Both the position numbers and the translations under genes were made by a program. The notes under the pieces were generated by a model. The model saw only the letters and a list, made by a program, of their open reading frames with translations. It was not told the origin of the DNA and searched no databases. Shown here one piece after another: positions 20,639 through 29,137 of a stretch of DNA of 64,000 bases (its first letter is position 1; every line of letters starts with the position of its first letter). Location: the NCBI GenBank assembly GCA_963752475.1, contig CAVVYR010000001.1, positions 128,001 to 192,000 of the forward strand. The letters run 5' to 3'. This stretch comes from an uncultured Chloroflexia bacterium. GTDB taxonomy: Bacteria; Chloroflexota; Limnocylindria; Limnocylindrales; CSP1-4.

Positions 20639-21526
20639 CTACCAGCCGCGAACGGCGAGGCGCTCCTCCTCCGGCACGGAGGCGGCGTTCATGCCGCGCA
20701 TGGGCTCACCCAGTCCGCGCGAAACCTCGGCGATGATCTTGGGATCGTCGTAGTGCGTGGTGGCCTGGACGATGGCGTTGGCGGTGGTGGCAGGATCTTC
20801 GGACTTGAAGATGCCCGAGCCCACGAAGACTCCTTCTGCGCCCAACTGCATGGCAAGGGCCGCATCCGAGGGAGTGGCGATGCCGCCGGCCACGAAGTTG
20901 ACCACCGGCAGGCGGCCGGCGGCGGCCACGTCCTTGACGATGTCGTACGGCGCGCCCAGCTCCTTGGCCGCCACGAAGAGCTCGTCCTCGCGCATGTTCT
21001 GGAGCTGTCGGATGCGGGCGTTGACCGAGCGGATGTGGCGTACGGCCTCGACGATGTCGCCGGTGCCGGCCTCACCCTTGGTGCGCATCATGGCCGCGCC
21101 TTCGTTGATGCGGCGCAGCGCCTCACCGAGGTCACGAGCGCCACACACGAACGGCACCTTGAACTGGTGCTTATCGATGTGGTTTTCCTCGTCGGCCGGC
21201 GTCAGCACCTCCGACTCATCGATGTAGTCGACGCCCAGCGCCTCCAGCACCTGTGCTTCAACGAAGTGGCCGATGCGGGCCTTGGCCATGACCGGGATGG
21301 TCACCGCCTCCATGATCCCGCTGACGAGCGAGGGATCGCTCATACGCGCCACGCCTCCGGACGCGCGGATGTCCGCGGGCACGCGCTCCAGCGCCATGAC
21401 CGCTACGGCGCCGGCATCTTCTGCGATGCGCGCCTGGTCTGGGGTGACGACGTCCATGATGACGCCGCCCTTGAGCATCTGGGCCAGACCCTTCTTGGTC
21501 GCCCAGGTGGACGTCTCGACGTTCAC
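20639..21526 (-). CDS. pdxS: Pyridoxal 5'-phosphate synthase lyase subunit
   Basis: [52 protein letters not shown]; GTG start at 21526. Confidence 0.97.
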   Translation of the reverse strand: MNVETSTWATKKGLAQMLKGGVIMDVVTPDQARIAEDAGAVAVMALERVPADIRASGGVARMSDPSLVSGIMEAVTIPVMAKARIGHFVEAQVLEALGVDYIDESEVLTPADEENHIDKHQFKVPFVCGARDLGEALRRINEGAAMMRTKGEAGTGDIVEAVRHIRSVNARIRQLQNMREDELFVAAKELGAPYDIVKDVAAAGRLPVVNFVAGGIATPSDAALAMQLGAEGVFVGSGIFKSEDPATTANAIVQATTHYDDPKIIAEVSRGLGEPMRGMNAASVPEEERLAVRGW

Positions 21527-21746
21527 GAATGGCCTCTCAGAGGATGGGATGCTCGAGGTCGGGAGTACCTCGCGATGGATGGAGCGATTATCGCACGCAC
21601 GAGCCCCGACCCCGTTCGGCGGGCAGGGCTGATGTCGGTCGTGGGCGGTGTGGTGAGCGGAGGGGTAGTGGTACCTATGGGCCCGGTGCTGGGGGGCACC
21701 ACCGTCAGGAGGGCCAACTCGCGTTCCCTTTGGTAGCGTCCCTGAC

Positions 21747-22556
21747 ATGCCGACACGCCAACGGACCCAACGTCCACCGATCGATCTCGCCGTGGAGCTC
21801 GAGCGGGCCGTCGAGCGCAACGAGTTCGGACTCGAGTACCAGCCGATCATCGACCTGGGCTCCGGAGCCATCGCTGCGGTCGAGGCACTCTTGCGCTGGC
21901 GGCATCCCTTGATGGGCACCATCGCCCCCGCCGAATACCTTCCTCTGGCCGAGGAGACCGGACACATCGTGCCCATCGGCGAGCGGGTGCTCGATGCCGC
22001 TACCCGCCAGCTGCGCACGTGGCACCTGGGCTTCGCCCGCATGCAGGACCTCAGGGTCAACGTCAACATCTCGCCGCGTCAGCTGAGCCACGAGAACCTC
22101 ATCCCGCACATCACCATGGTGCTGCATCGTGCCGACCTCGATCCCTCGTCGCTGACGCTGGAGCTGGGCACCGGCTGCAGCGCGTATCCCGACCACATCG
22201 CGGCCCTGGCCGAGGTCGGTGTGGGCCTGGCACTCGAGGACTTCGGGCAGGGCTCGTCGCTCGACGAAGTGCGCGAGATGCCGCTGACGACGGTGAAGCT
22301 GGTGCCGACCTTCGCGACCATGGCCGCGGGTAATGACGACGACGTCGCCTTTGCCGAGAGCGTGCTGGCACTGTGCCGGGCACGTGGCCTCTCGACCGTG
22401 GGCAAGGGCGTGGAGACGCGCGATCAGGCTCGCCGCCTGGCCGTGCTCGGCTGCGACATGGCTCAGGGTTACCTCTACTCCAAGCCGCTCGGCTCCGAGG
22501 GCATCGGAACACTGCTCGCGCGCGGTCGGGTCACCGCACCCACCAGCGCCCGCTAG
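21747..22556 (+). CDS. Stand-alone degenerate EAL domain protein
   Basis: [21 protein letters not shown] present; DDFG reads EDFG and AEGVE reads GKGVE. Confidence 0.85.
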   Translation: MPTRQRTQRPPIDLAVELERAVERNEFGLEYQPIIDLGSGAIAAVEALLRWRHPLMGTIAPAEYLPLAEETGHIVPIGERVLDAATRQLRTWHLGFARMQDLRVNVNISPRQLSHENLIPHITMVLHRADLDPSSLTLELGTGCSAYPDHIAALAEVGVGLALEDFGQGSSLDEVREMPLTTVKLVPTFATMAAGNDDDVAFAESVLALCRARGLSTVGKGVETRDQARRLAVLGCDMAQGYLYSKPLGSEGIGTLLARGRVTAPTSAR

Positions 22557-22720
22557 CACCCTGCCCCGCCGCGATCGGGCGGCAGCCATCGCCTCGCCTT
22601 GGCTTCTCGTCGTCGCTGCGCGTCCAGTCGCCGGTCATCGATCGAGTGTCACCGATCGTCGAGCGGCCCTGAGCCGGACACATGATCGGAAGATGAGGGC
22701 GCCAGCGTAGCGGTCGGCGG

Positions 22721-22846
22721 CTGCTACTCACCGGCGGGCTGCCACTCACCGGCGGGCTGCCACTCACCGGCGGGCTGCCACTCACCGGCGGGCTGCCACT
22801 TCCCGGCGGGCTGCCACTCACGGGCGGGCTGCCACACCCCGGACGT
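22721..22846. repeat. 18-bp tandem repeat, about 7 copies (CTGCCACTCACCGGCGGG)
   Basis: Copies start at 22721, 22739, 22757, 22775, 22793, 22811 and 22829; three are perfect and the others degenerate. Confidence 0.95.
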
Positions 22847-22980
22847 GACGAACGGCCGGGAGGTCCGTGCCTACCCGGCCGTCGAGGGTGCTCCGAAGCG
22901 CAGGAGTCGGAGCGAGGGTCGCAGCGCGTCAAGACCAGCGACCCAGGCCGGCCGCATCACGGCCGGCAGGAAGGGGTCGT

Positions 22981-23271
22981 CTAGAACATCCCCATGGCGC
23001 TCATCACGCCGCCGTAGAGGAAGACACCGGCCACCAGGGCGACGGCCACGAAGGCGCGACCTCGGGAGCTGTGCTGATGGTCCAGCGTCGCCTGCTGCTG
23101 GTGCACGTCGAAGCCGGTGCCGCGGTAGCGCTCGGTCAGCGACATCTCACGCTCCGGCTCGACCGTTGACCCAGCGACAGGACGGGCGGCCATCGGATCC
23201 CAGCGGCATGCGGGGCAGATACCAGTCGTGATGTCCAGCTCGGTCTCACATTCGGGGCAGTAAGCGTTCAT
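22981..23271 (-). CDS. Small zinc-ribbon protein with C-terminal TM helix
   Basis: CPEC...CPAC, C-terminal AFVAVALVAGVFLYGGVM; AAGGA RBS before ATG 23271. Confidence 0.75.
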   Translation of the reverse strand: MNAYCPECETELDITTGICPACRWDPMAARPVAGSTVEPEREMSLTERYRGTGFDVHQQQATLDHQHSSRGRAFVAVALVAGVFLYGGVMSAMGMF

Positions 23272-23539
23272 CGGTCCTTGTCCTTGATCTGCTTGTTCCT
23301 GCGCTCGGTGTCGATGTGACGTCTCGGACACTACTGGCCCCTCAGGTCAGGCCACCATCACCCGGTCGTCCCATGGTTTGGGCGGCAACGACCGCTGCTG
23401 TGCGGTCTGGTGCGCAAGCGAGCCACGGCCCCGCGTAGCTATTCGGTACTGCCTGCCAGAGTCCCTGCGTAGGGCATCGTGTGGTCTGCGCTAGGATGCC
23501 GAGGCAGCGTGAGAGCGTCACGCCGACTCGAGGTATTCG

Positions 23540-24052
23540 TTGGATAGCGCCGTCCTTCTTCTGAACGCCGACTACGAGCCACTCAACGTCTGCGATCTGC
23601 GCAGGGCGTTCCGGCTCGTCTTCGGCGCGAAGGCGGAGGTCATCGAGTACGACCACACCGAGGTCCGCACTCCCACCGAAGTCCTGCGAGCGCCCTCGGT
23701 CATCAAGCTGCAGTACCGCATCAAGCGTCCCCGACCGCGGGTACGCCTCTCCCGGCGTGAGGTCTTCGCCAGGGACGGCCACGTCTGCCAGTACTGCGGC
23801 GAGCGCACCTCCAAGCTGACCATCGACCACGTCCTGCCCCGACACCGAGGCGGCAGCCATAGCTGGGACAACCTCGTGGCTGCCTGCAGCAGCTGCAACC
23901 ATCGCAAGGGTGGCCGCCTGCCGGAAGAGGCAGGGATGCGCCTGCGCAAGCCGCCGTACGAACCCAAGTGCGACGTGTACGCGATGTACTCGTCATATCT
24001 CTCCGACCCGCGCAACGAAGCGTGGCGCGACTACCTCACGCTCAACCGCTGA
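23540..24052 (+). CDS. HNH endonuclease (McrA-like)
   Basis: VLLLNADYEPL, RDGHVCQYCG, TIDHVLPRHRGG, NLVAACSSCNHRKG; TTG start with GAGG. Confidence 0.92.
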   Translation: MDSAVLLLNADYEPLNVCDLRRAFRLVFGAKAEVIEYDHTEVRTPTEVLRAPSVIKLQYRIKRPRPRVRLSRREVFARDGHVCQYCGERTSKLTIDHVLPRHRGGSHSWDNLVAACSSCNHRKGGRLPEEAGMRLRKPPYEPKCDVYAMYSSYLSDPRNEAWRDYLTLNR

Positions 24053-24060
24053 GCGAGCTC

Positions 24061-25386
24061 GTGGACAAGGAGCGTCCACCCTTCGCCATCCACCCGGACG
24101 TGACCTCGGTGCTGGAGTCGCTGTGGGAGGCAGGACACGGCGGCTATCTCGTCGGCGGCGGCGTCCGCGATGCTCTCCTGGGCCTGCCGGTCAACGACTG
24201 GGACATCGCCACCGACGCTCGACCCGAGGGCATCATGCGCATCTTCCCAGGCTCCAGCTACCAGAACCGCTTCGGGACCGTGCTCGCGCGTGGCCTGGAG
24301 ATCACCACCTTTCGTCGCGACCATCGCTACGCCGACCACCGCCGGCCGGACACGGTCACGTTCAGCCAGGACATCTTCGAGGACCTGGCTCGGCGTGATC
24401 TGACCATCAACGCCATCGCCTGGGGCCGCCGAGGGCCCGATGCCGCAGCGCGCATCGTCGACCCCGCCGACGGGCAGGGCGACCTCGCGGCGCGACTGGT
24501 GCGAGCGGTCGGTGACCCGGCGCGGCGATTCGACGAGGACGCGCTGCGCCTGCTGCGAGCGGTGCGCATCGCAGCCAAGCTCGGATTCGCCATCGAGCCC
24601 ATGACGCGTGCTGCGATCGTGACCCACGCGGCCGATGTCGAATGGGTCTCCGAGGAGCGCATCGGCAGAGAGGTCCGCCGGATGCTCGCCGCCAGCGGGC
24701 CGTCCCGCGCCATCCGACTGATGGCCGAGACCGGCATCCTGGCCACCACCCTGCCCGAGCTCGAGGCCCTGCCGGCACCGGCGACCGAACGCGCGCTGGC
24801 CACGCTCGACCTCATCACCGCCGAGCACCCCGCACGAGAACGCCTGGCGCTGGCGGCATTGCTGAGCGAGATCGGGCCCGACCCGGCTCGCGGCGTGCTC
24901 CTGCGGCTGCGCGTGTCGAGCCGCGACGCCGAGGCCGTGGCCATGCTCATCGCGGCGGCGCCAGAGCGCTACGACCGAACCTGGACCGACCCCGATGTCC
25001 GCCGCTACATGGGCCGCGTGCCTGCCGACCTCGTGCCCGAGCTGCTGGAGTTGCGTGGCGCTCGGGCCCAGGCCAGCGCCGACGACGATCCCGACGGCCC
25101 GTCGCGCGAAGCCGAGCTGGCTGAGCGGATCGAGAGCCAGGAGGCCGCCGCTTCGCCCCTGTCGCTGGCGGCGCTGGCGGTCGATGGACGCGACCTGCGC
25201 GAGACGCTGGGCCTGCCCGAGGGTCCGGCCATCGGCGCCATCCTCGAGCGGCTGCTCGCGGACGTCATCGAGGACCCCACGTTGAACACGCGCCTGACGC
25301 TGCTGACGAGAGCGAGCCTCATCCTCGAGGAGATGATGGGACGACGAGGCGCGGCCGCAGGCCCTCGCCGGCCACCCATCAGGTAG
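24061..25386 (+). CDS. cca: CCA tRNA nucleotidyltransferase (class II)
   Basis: LVGGGVRD, DWDIAT, EDLARRDLTINAIA, FDEDALRLLRAVR, SEERI; start approximate. Confidence 0.9.
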   Translation: MDKERPPFAIHPDVTSVLESLWEAGHGGYLVGGGVRDALLGLPVNDWDIATDARPEGIMRIFPGSSYQNRFGTVLARGLEITTFRRDHRYADHRRPDTVTFSQDIFEDLARRDLTINAIAWGRRGPDAAARIVDPADGQGDLAARLVRAVGDPARRFDEDALRLLRAVRIAAKLGFAIEPMTRAAIVTHAADVEWVSEERIGREVRRMLAASGPSRAIRLMAETGILATTLPELEALPAPATERALATLDLITAEHPARERLALAALLSEIGPDPARGVLLRLRVSSRDAEAVAMLIAAAPERYDRTWTDPDVRRYMGRVPADLVPELLELRGARAQASADDDPDGPSREAELAERIESQEAAASPLSLAALAVDGRDLRETLGLPEGPAIGAILERLLADVIEDPTLNTRLTLLTRASLILEEMMGRRGAAAGPRRPPIR

Positions 25387-25396
25387 GCTGCGAATC

Positions 25397-25984
25397 GTGA
25401 TCGAGCAGATCCTCCAGGCGGACCGATACCTGCAGGTGGACCAGGTCGAGAAGGCCCGGGATGTCTATCAGAAGGTCGTCGACATGGACCCCGGCAACGC
25501 TATCGCGGTCGTGGGCCTGGCTCGTTGCGCCCTCGCCGACGGCGAAGACCAGCGAGCCTACGAACTGGCCTCGCGCGCCCTCGAGATCGACCCCGACAAC
25601 GACATGGCCCGGCGCATGGAGGCGCGGCTCTCGGAGATCCTGGCCACGCGCGGCGCGCCGGTCGAACGCCCTCACGCTGCAGCCGAGCCGAGCTCCATCG
25701 AGATGCGCCAGGTCGTCACTGCTGACGAACCGACCCAGGAGCCGGCCGACGAGGCCGCTGACGGTGGCGTGGCCGCGGCCGCGCCACGACCCCAAGCCGC
25801 GCTCGAGCCTGCCGACGAAGCCGAGGCCGCGCCACAGCCCCAACGCGAGCGTGCCGCGGCCGCCGCGACGCCGACCTCCACGACCACGACCACGAGACCG
25901 ACCACGAGACCGACTACGAGACCGAGCAAGCCGAAGGAGCCGCCCGTGCGCAAGTCCCTCTTCGATCGTCTGTTGGGCCGCTGA
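25397..25984 (+). CDS. TPR protein with low-complexity tail
   Basis: Two TPR units (YQKVVDMDPGN, ALEIDPDN); A/E/P/T-rich tail ending SLFDRLLGR. Confidence 0.8.
   Translation: MIEQILQADRYLQVDQVEKARDVYQKVVDMDPGNAIAVVGLARCALADGEDQRAYELASRALEIDPDNDMARRMEARLSEILATRGAPVERPHAAAEPSSIEMRQVVTADEPTQEPADEAADGGVAAAAPRPQAALEPADEAEAAPQPQRERAAAAATPTSTTTTTRPTTRPTTRPSKPKEPPVRKSLFDRLLGR
25889..25924 (+). repeat. 12-bp coding tandem repeat (ACCACGAGACCG x3, encoding TTRP)
   Basis: Three adjacent units; the third has one mismatch. Confidence 0.8.
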
Positions 25985-26955
25985 TGCGAGTGCTCGTCAC
26001 TGGTGGCGCCGGCTACATCGGCAGCGTCACCGTGGAACAGCTCATCCTCGCAGGCCACGACGTGGTCGTGCTCGACACGCTCGTGACCGGCCACCGCGAG
26101 TCGGTCGCACCGGGCGCCGAGCTGGCCGTGCACTCGGTGATGGAAAAGGACGCTCTGGTGGGCCTGCTCGAGGAGCACCACATCGAGGCCGTTCTGCACT
26201 GCGCCGCGCGCTCGCTGGTCGGCCAGTCGATGCAGGACCCCGGGCTCTACTTCACCGAGAACGTGGTCGGCGGCATCGCACTCCTCGACGCTCTGCGCGA
26301 GGCCGGCGTCAGCCGCATCGTCTTCAGCTGCACCGCGGCCGTCTATGGCGAGCCCGACCGAGTGCCCATCTTCGAGACAGCGCCGACGCGGCCGGTCAAC
26401 CCCTACGGTGCGTCGAAGCTCGCCTTCGAAAGCGCCATGCGCTGGTACGCCGCCTATGGCCTGCGCTCGGTTTCGCTGCGCTACTTCAACGTGGCCGGCG
26501 CGAGCGAGCACTACGGCGAGCGCCACGATCCTGAGACGCACCTCATCCCCAACGTGCTCAAGGCCGCCCAGGGTGGCGACCCGTTGACGATCTTCGGCGA
26601 CGACTACCCCACTGCGGACGGCACCGCCATCCGTGACTACATCCACGTGCTCGACCTCGCCGACGCCCATATCGCGGCCCTGGAGCTGACCGGCTCGATG
26701 GAGCCGGGTCAGGAGATCGCCAACCTCGGCTCCGGCAGCGGTTTCTCGGTCAAGCAGGTGCTTGATGCCGCCAGCGAGATCGTCGGTGGCGAGATCCCGC
26801 ACAGCTATGGCCCGCGCCGCGCCGGCGACCCGCCCGCGCTCATCGCTTCCAACGTCAAGGCGGACGAACTCCTCGGCTGGCGGCCTCAGCGAGGCAGCCT
26901 CGGCGAGATGATCGGCTCGGCCTGGGCCCTGCTGCAGTCGCGCCAGATCGACTGA
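25984..26955 (+). CDS. galE: UDP-glucose 4-epimerase
   Basis: VTGGAGYIGS, YGASK, LRYFNVAGA, ETHLIP, DGTAIRDYIHV, RRAGDP. Confidence 0.95.
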   Translation: MRVLVTGGAGYIGSVTVEQLILAGHDVVVLDTLVTGHRESVAPGAELAVHSVMEKDALVGLLEEHHIEAVLHCAARSLVGQSMQDPGLYFTENVVGGIALLDALREAGVSRIVFSCTAAVYGEPDRVPIFETAPTRPVNPYGASKLAFESAMRWYAAYGLRSVSLRYFNVAGASEHYGERHDPETHLIPNVLKAAQGGDPLTIFGDDYPTADGTAIRDYIHVLDLADAHIAALELTGSMEPGQEIANLGSGSGFSVKQVLDAASEIVGGEIPHSYGPRRAGDPPALIASNVKADELLGWRPQRGSLGEMIGSAWALLQSRQID

Positions 26956-26961
26956 TCGGAC

Positions 26962-27675
26962 ATGCCTGACCGCGAGCCGGTCCCGGTCCCTGACGATCCG
27001 CTCGAATGGGCGCCCATGCGCGCCTACGACGGACGCCGCAGGTTCGACATCAGGGATCCGCTGGTCGAACCGTTGTGGAGCGGTACGAGAGCCCTGGCCC
27101 ACGTCTCCATCGACCCCGACGTCGAGCCGCCGGCCACCGTCCGGCTCATCGAGGAACTGGGTGCCGACGTGGGCCCGGAGCTGCCGGAGCTGACGCACGC
27201 CCTTGGCCAGGGCGTCCTCGCGCTCGACGCCATCGTCGACGGCATCATCACGCGCCAGCTCACGCTCGATGGCGTCGGTGCCGCGGCCATCCCCGAGATC
27301 CACAGTCGGCCTACCGAGATGTTCGTCCGCAGCAGCCTCGACTTCGACGTGCAGGCCCGCGGGGTCATCGAGGACCGAGCCGCTGACGCCGATCCGGTCG
27401 ATGGCTTCGTGGCCGTCGACCTGCTGCGGCTCGACGGCGCATCGTTGCTCGACGTGCCGCTGCTGGAGCGCAAGCGCTTGCTCGAAAGCGTCATCGCGGC
27501 CGCTCCGCTCTTGCGCGTGTCGAGCCACGTCCGACCACCTGCCGATCCGTGGATCGCGACATGGAAGTCGATGGGCCTCGCCGGCGGCATCATGAAGGCT
27601 GCCAACAGCCGCTACCGCCCCTCGGATGACACCATCGAGTGGCGCGTGCTGAAGCGCCTCAACCGGCGTCGCTAG
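26962..27675 (+). CDS. ATP-dependent DNA ligase adenylation-domain homologue, catalytically degenerate
   Basis: EPLWSGTRA (motif I-like), VDLLRLDG..LLDVPLLERKRLLE, KAANSRYRP; no OB-fold domain. Confidence 0.75.
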   Translation: MPDREPVPVPDDPLEWAPMRAYDGRRRFDIRDPLVEPLWSGTRALAHVSIDPDVEPPATVRLIEELGADVGPELPELTHALGQGVLALDAIVDGIITRQLTLDGVGAAAIPEIHSRPTEMFVRSSLDFDVQARGVIEDRAADADPVDGFVAVDLLRLDGASLLDVPLLERKRLLESVIAAAPLLRVSSHVRPPADPWIATWKSMGLAGGIMKAANSRYRPSDDTIEWRVLKRLNRRR

Positions 27676-27745
27676 GGCCCTCGCCGACACCAGAACGGAA
27701 CGCGCCCGAGCCTCGCATGCGGCCGGAGTGGGATAGGCTCAGACG

Positions 27746-29137
27746 ATGCCAGAACGAGCCCTCCCCGAGGCCCTTGCCGAAGAGGTCAAGCGGCTAGGTC
27801 CCGCCGACATCATGGTCGGTATCCCCAGCTTCAAGAACGCCGCCACCATCGGTCACGTCACGCGGGCGGCACAGGCGGGGCTCGTGCAGTACTTCCCCGA
27901 TTCCAAGCCCGTCCTGGTCAACGCTGACGCCGGCTCCCCGGACGGTACCGGCCGCGTGGTCATCGAGACCCAACCGCCCGACTACGTAGAGCGCATCCTG
28001 CTCGTCCGGCCGCGCAACAGGCTGCAGCGGATGAGCCTGACGTACCCGGAGGTCGATGGCGTCGGTGGCAAGGGTGCGGCTCTGCGCACCATCTTCCAGA
28101 TCGCGGACGAGCTTGGCGTCGAGGCTCTGGTCGTGGTCGACTCCGACCTGCGCTCGATCGTGCCCGAGTGGATCGAGCTGCTGGCAGGCCCCATCCTCAA
28201 GGGTGGCTTCGACTACGTGACCCCGCTCTACCAGCGCTACAAGTACGACGGCACCATCACCAACACCGTCACCTACCCGCTCAACCGCGCGCTCTACGGC
28301 CTGCGCATCCGCCAGCCCATCGGCGGCGACTTCGGTGTCAGCGGCGACCTCGTCAGGCACTACCTCGAGCAGGACGACTGGACGCCGGACATCAGCAAGT
28401 TCGGTATCGACATCTGGATGACGGTCAAGGCCATCACCGGCGGATTCGCCGTGAGCCAGACTCGCCTCGGCGCCAAGATCCACGACCCCAAGGACCCTGG
28501 CGCGGACCTGGGCCCGATGTTCAGTCAGGTGGTCTCGACCATCCTGCGACTGACCGTCGAGCACGACGACCACTGGCTGGGCGTCCAGGGCTCGCACGCG
28601 GTCCCCACCTACGGGTTCGAGCGCTACGCGGACCCGCCGCCCCTCGAGGTCGATGTGGTCCGGCTCCTCGCAGCCTTCACCCGCGGTCGCGTCGCGGTCG
28701 GCGAGGCCTGGGAGCTGCTCGTCGCTCCGGAGCGCATGGCCGCCCTTGACGCCCTGGCCACGGAGGCTGCCGCAGCCCTCGACGAGATCACCCGCTCGGA
28801 CACGCCTTCGACCGCCGACGACGCCGAGTTCTTCTTCAGTGACGAGCTCTGGGCGCGCCTCATGTACGACCTCGCGCTCACGGCCCGCGGCGACACCATG
28901 GACATGGACAAGCTCATCGCGGCGCTCGTGCCCATCTACTTCGCACGCGTGGCCAGCCTCGTCCTCGAGGCCCGCGACATGACCACCACGCAGGCCGAAA
29001 CGCTGGTCGAACGCCAGGCGCGGGCGTATGAGGCTGCCAAGTCCGACTTCGCCGCCCGTTGGCGTGAAGGCGAGGGCCTCAAGGCGCGCAAGCCCAAGCG
29101 GAAGACGAAGCGCAGCAGCAAGGCGAAGAAGGCATGA
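27746..29137 (+). CDS. GT-A glycosyltransferase, glucosylglycerate/mannosylglycerate synthase-like
   Basis: VGIPSFKNAATIGHV, GKGAALR, DSDLRSI, RYKYDGTITN, RQPIGGDF, FGIDIWMT, KIHDPKDP. Confidence 0.8.
   Translation: MPERALPEALAEEVKRLGPADIMVGIPSFKNAATIGHVTRAAQAGLVQYFPDSKPVLVNADAGSPDGTGRVVIETQPPDYVERILLVRPRNRLQRMSLTYPEVDGVGGKGAALRTIFQIADELGVEALVVVDSDLRSIVPEWIELLAGPILKGGFDYVTPLYQRYKYDGTITNTVTYPLNRALYGLRIRQPIGGDFGVSGDLVRHYLEQDDWTPDISKFGIDIWMTVKAITGGFAVSQTRLGAKIHDPKDPGADLGPMFSQVVSTILRLTVEHDDHWLGVQGSHAVPTYGFERYADPPPLEVDVVRLLAAFTRGRVAVGEAWELLVAPERMAALDALATEAAAALDEITRSDTPSTADDAEFFFSDELWARLMYDLALTARGDTMDMDKLIAALVPIYFARVASLVLEARDMTTTQAETLVERQARAYEAAKSDFAARWREGEGLKARKPKRKTKRSSKAKKA

Noticed and set aside
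22531-22932. Minus-strand ORF encoding GSPPVS repeats
   Set aside because: No RBS or promoter; the flanking translation looks random. The ORF is a by-product of the stop-free 18-bp repeat.
23540-24052. HNH gene as a mobile intron, homing element or Cas/IscB-type nuclease
   Set aside because: Short stand-alone McrA-like HNH with no RuvC motifs, no intron or IS ends, and no interrupted host gene.
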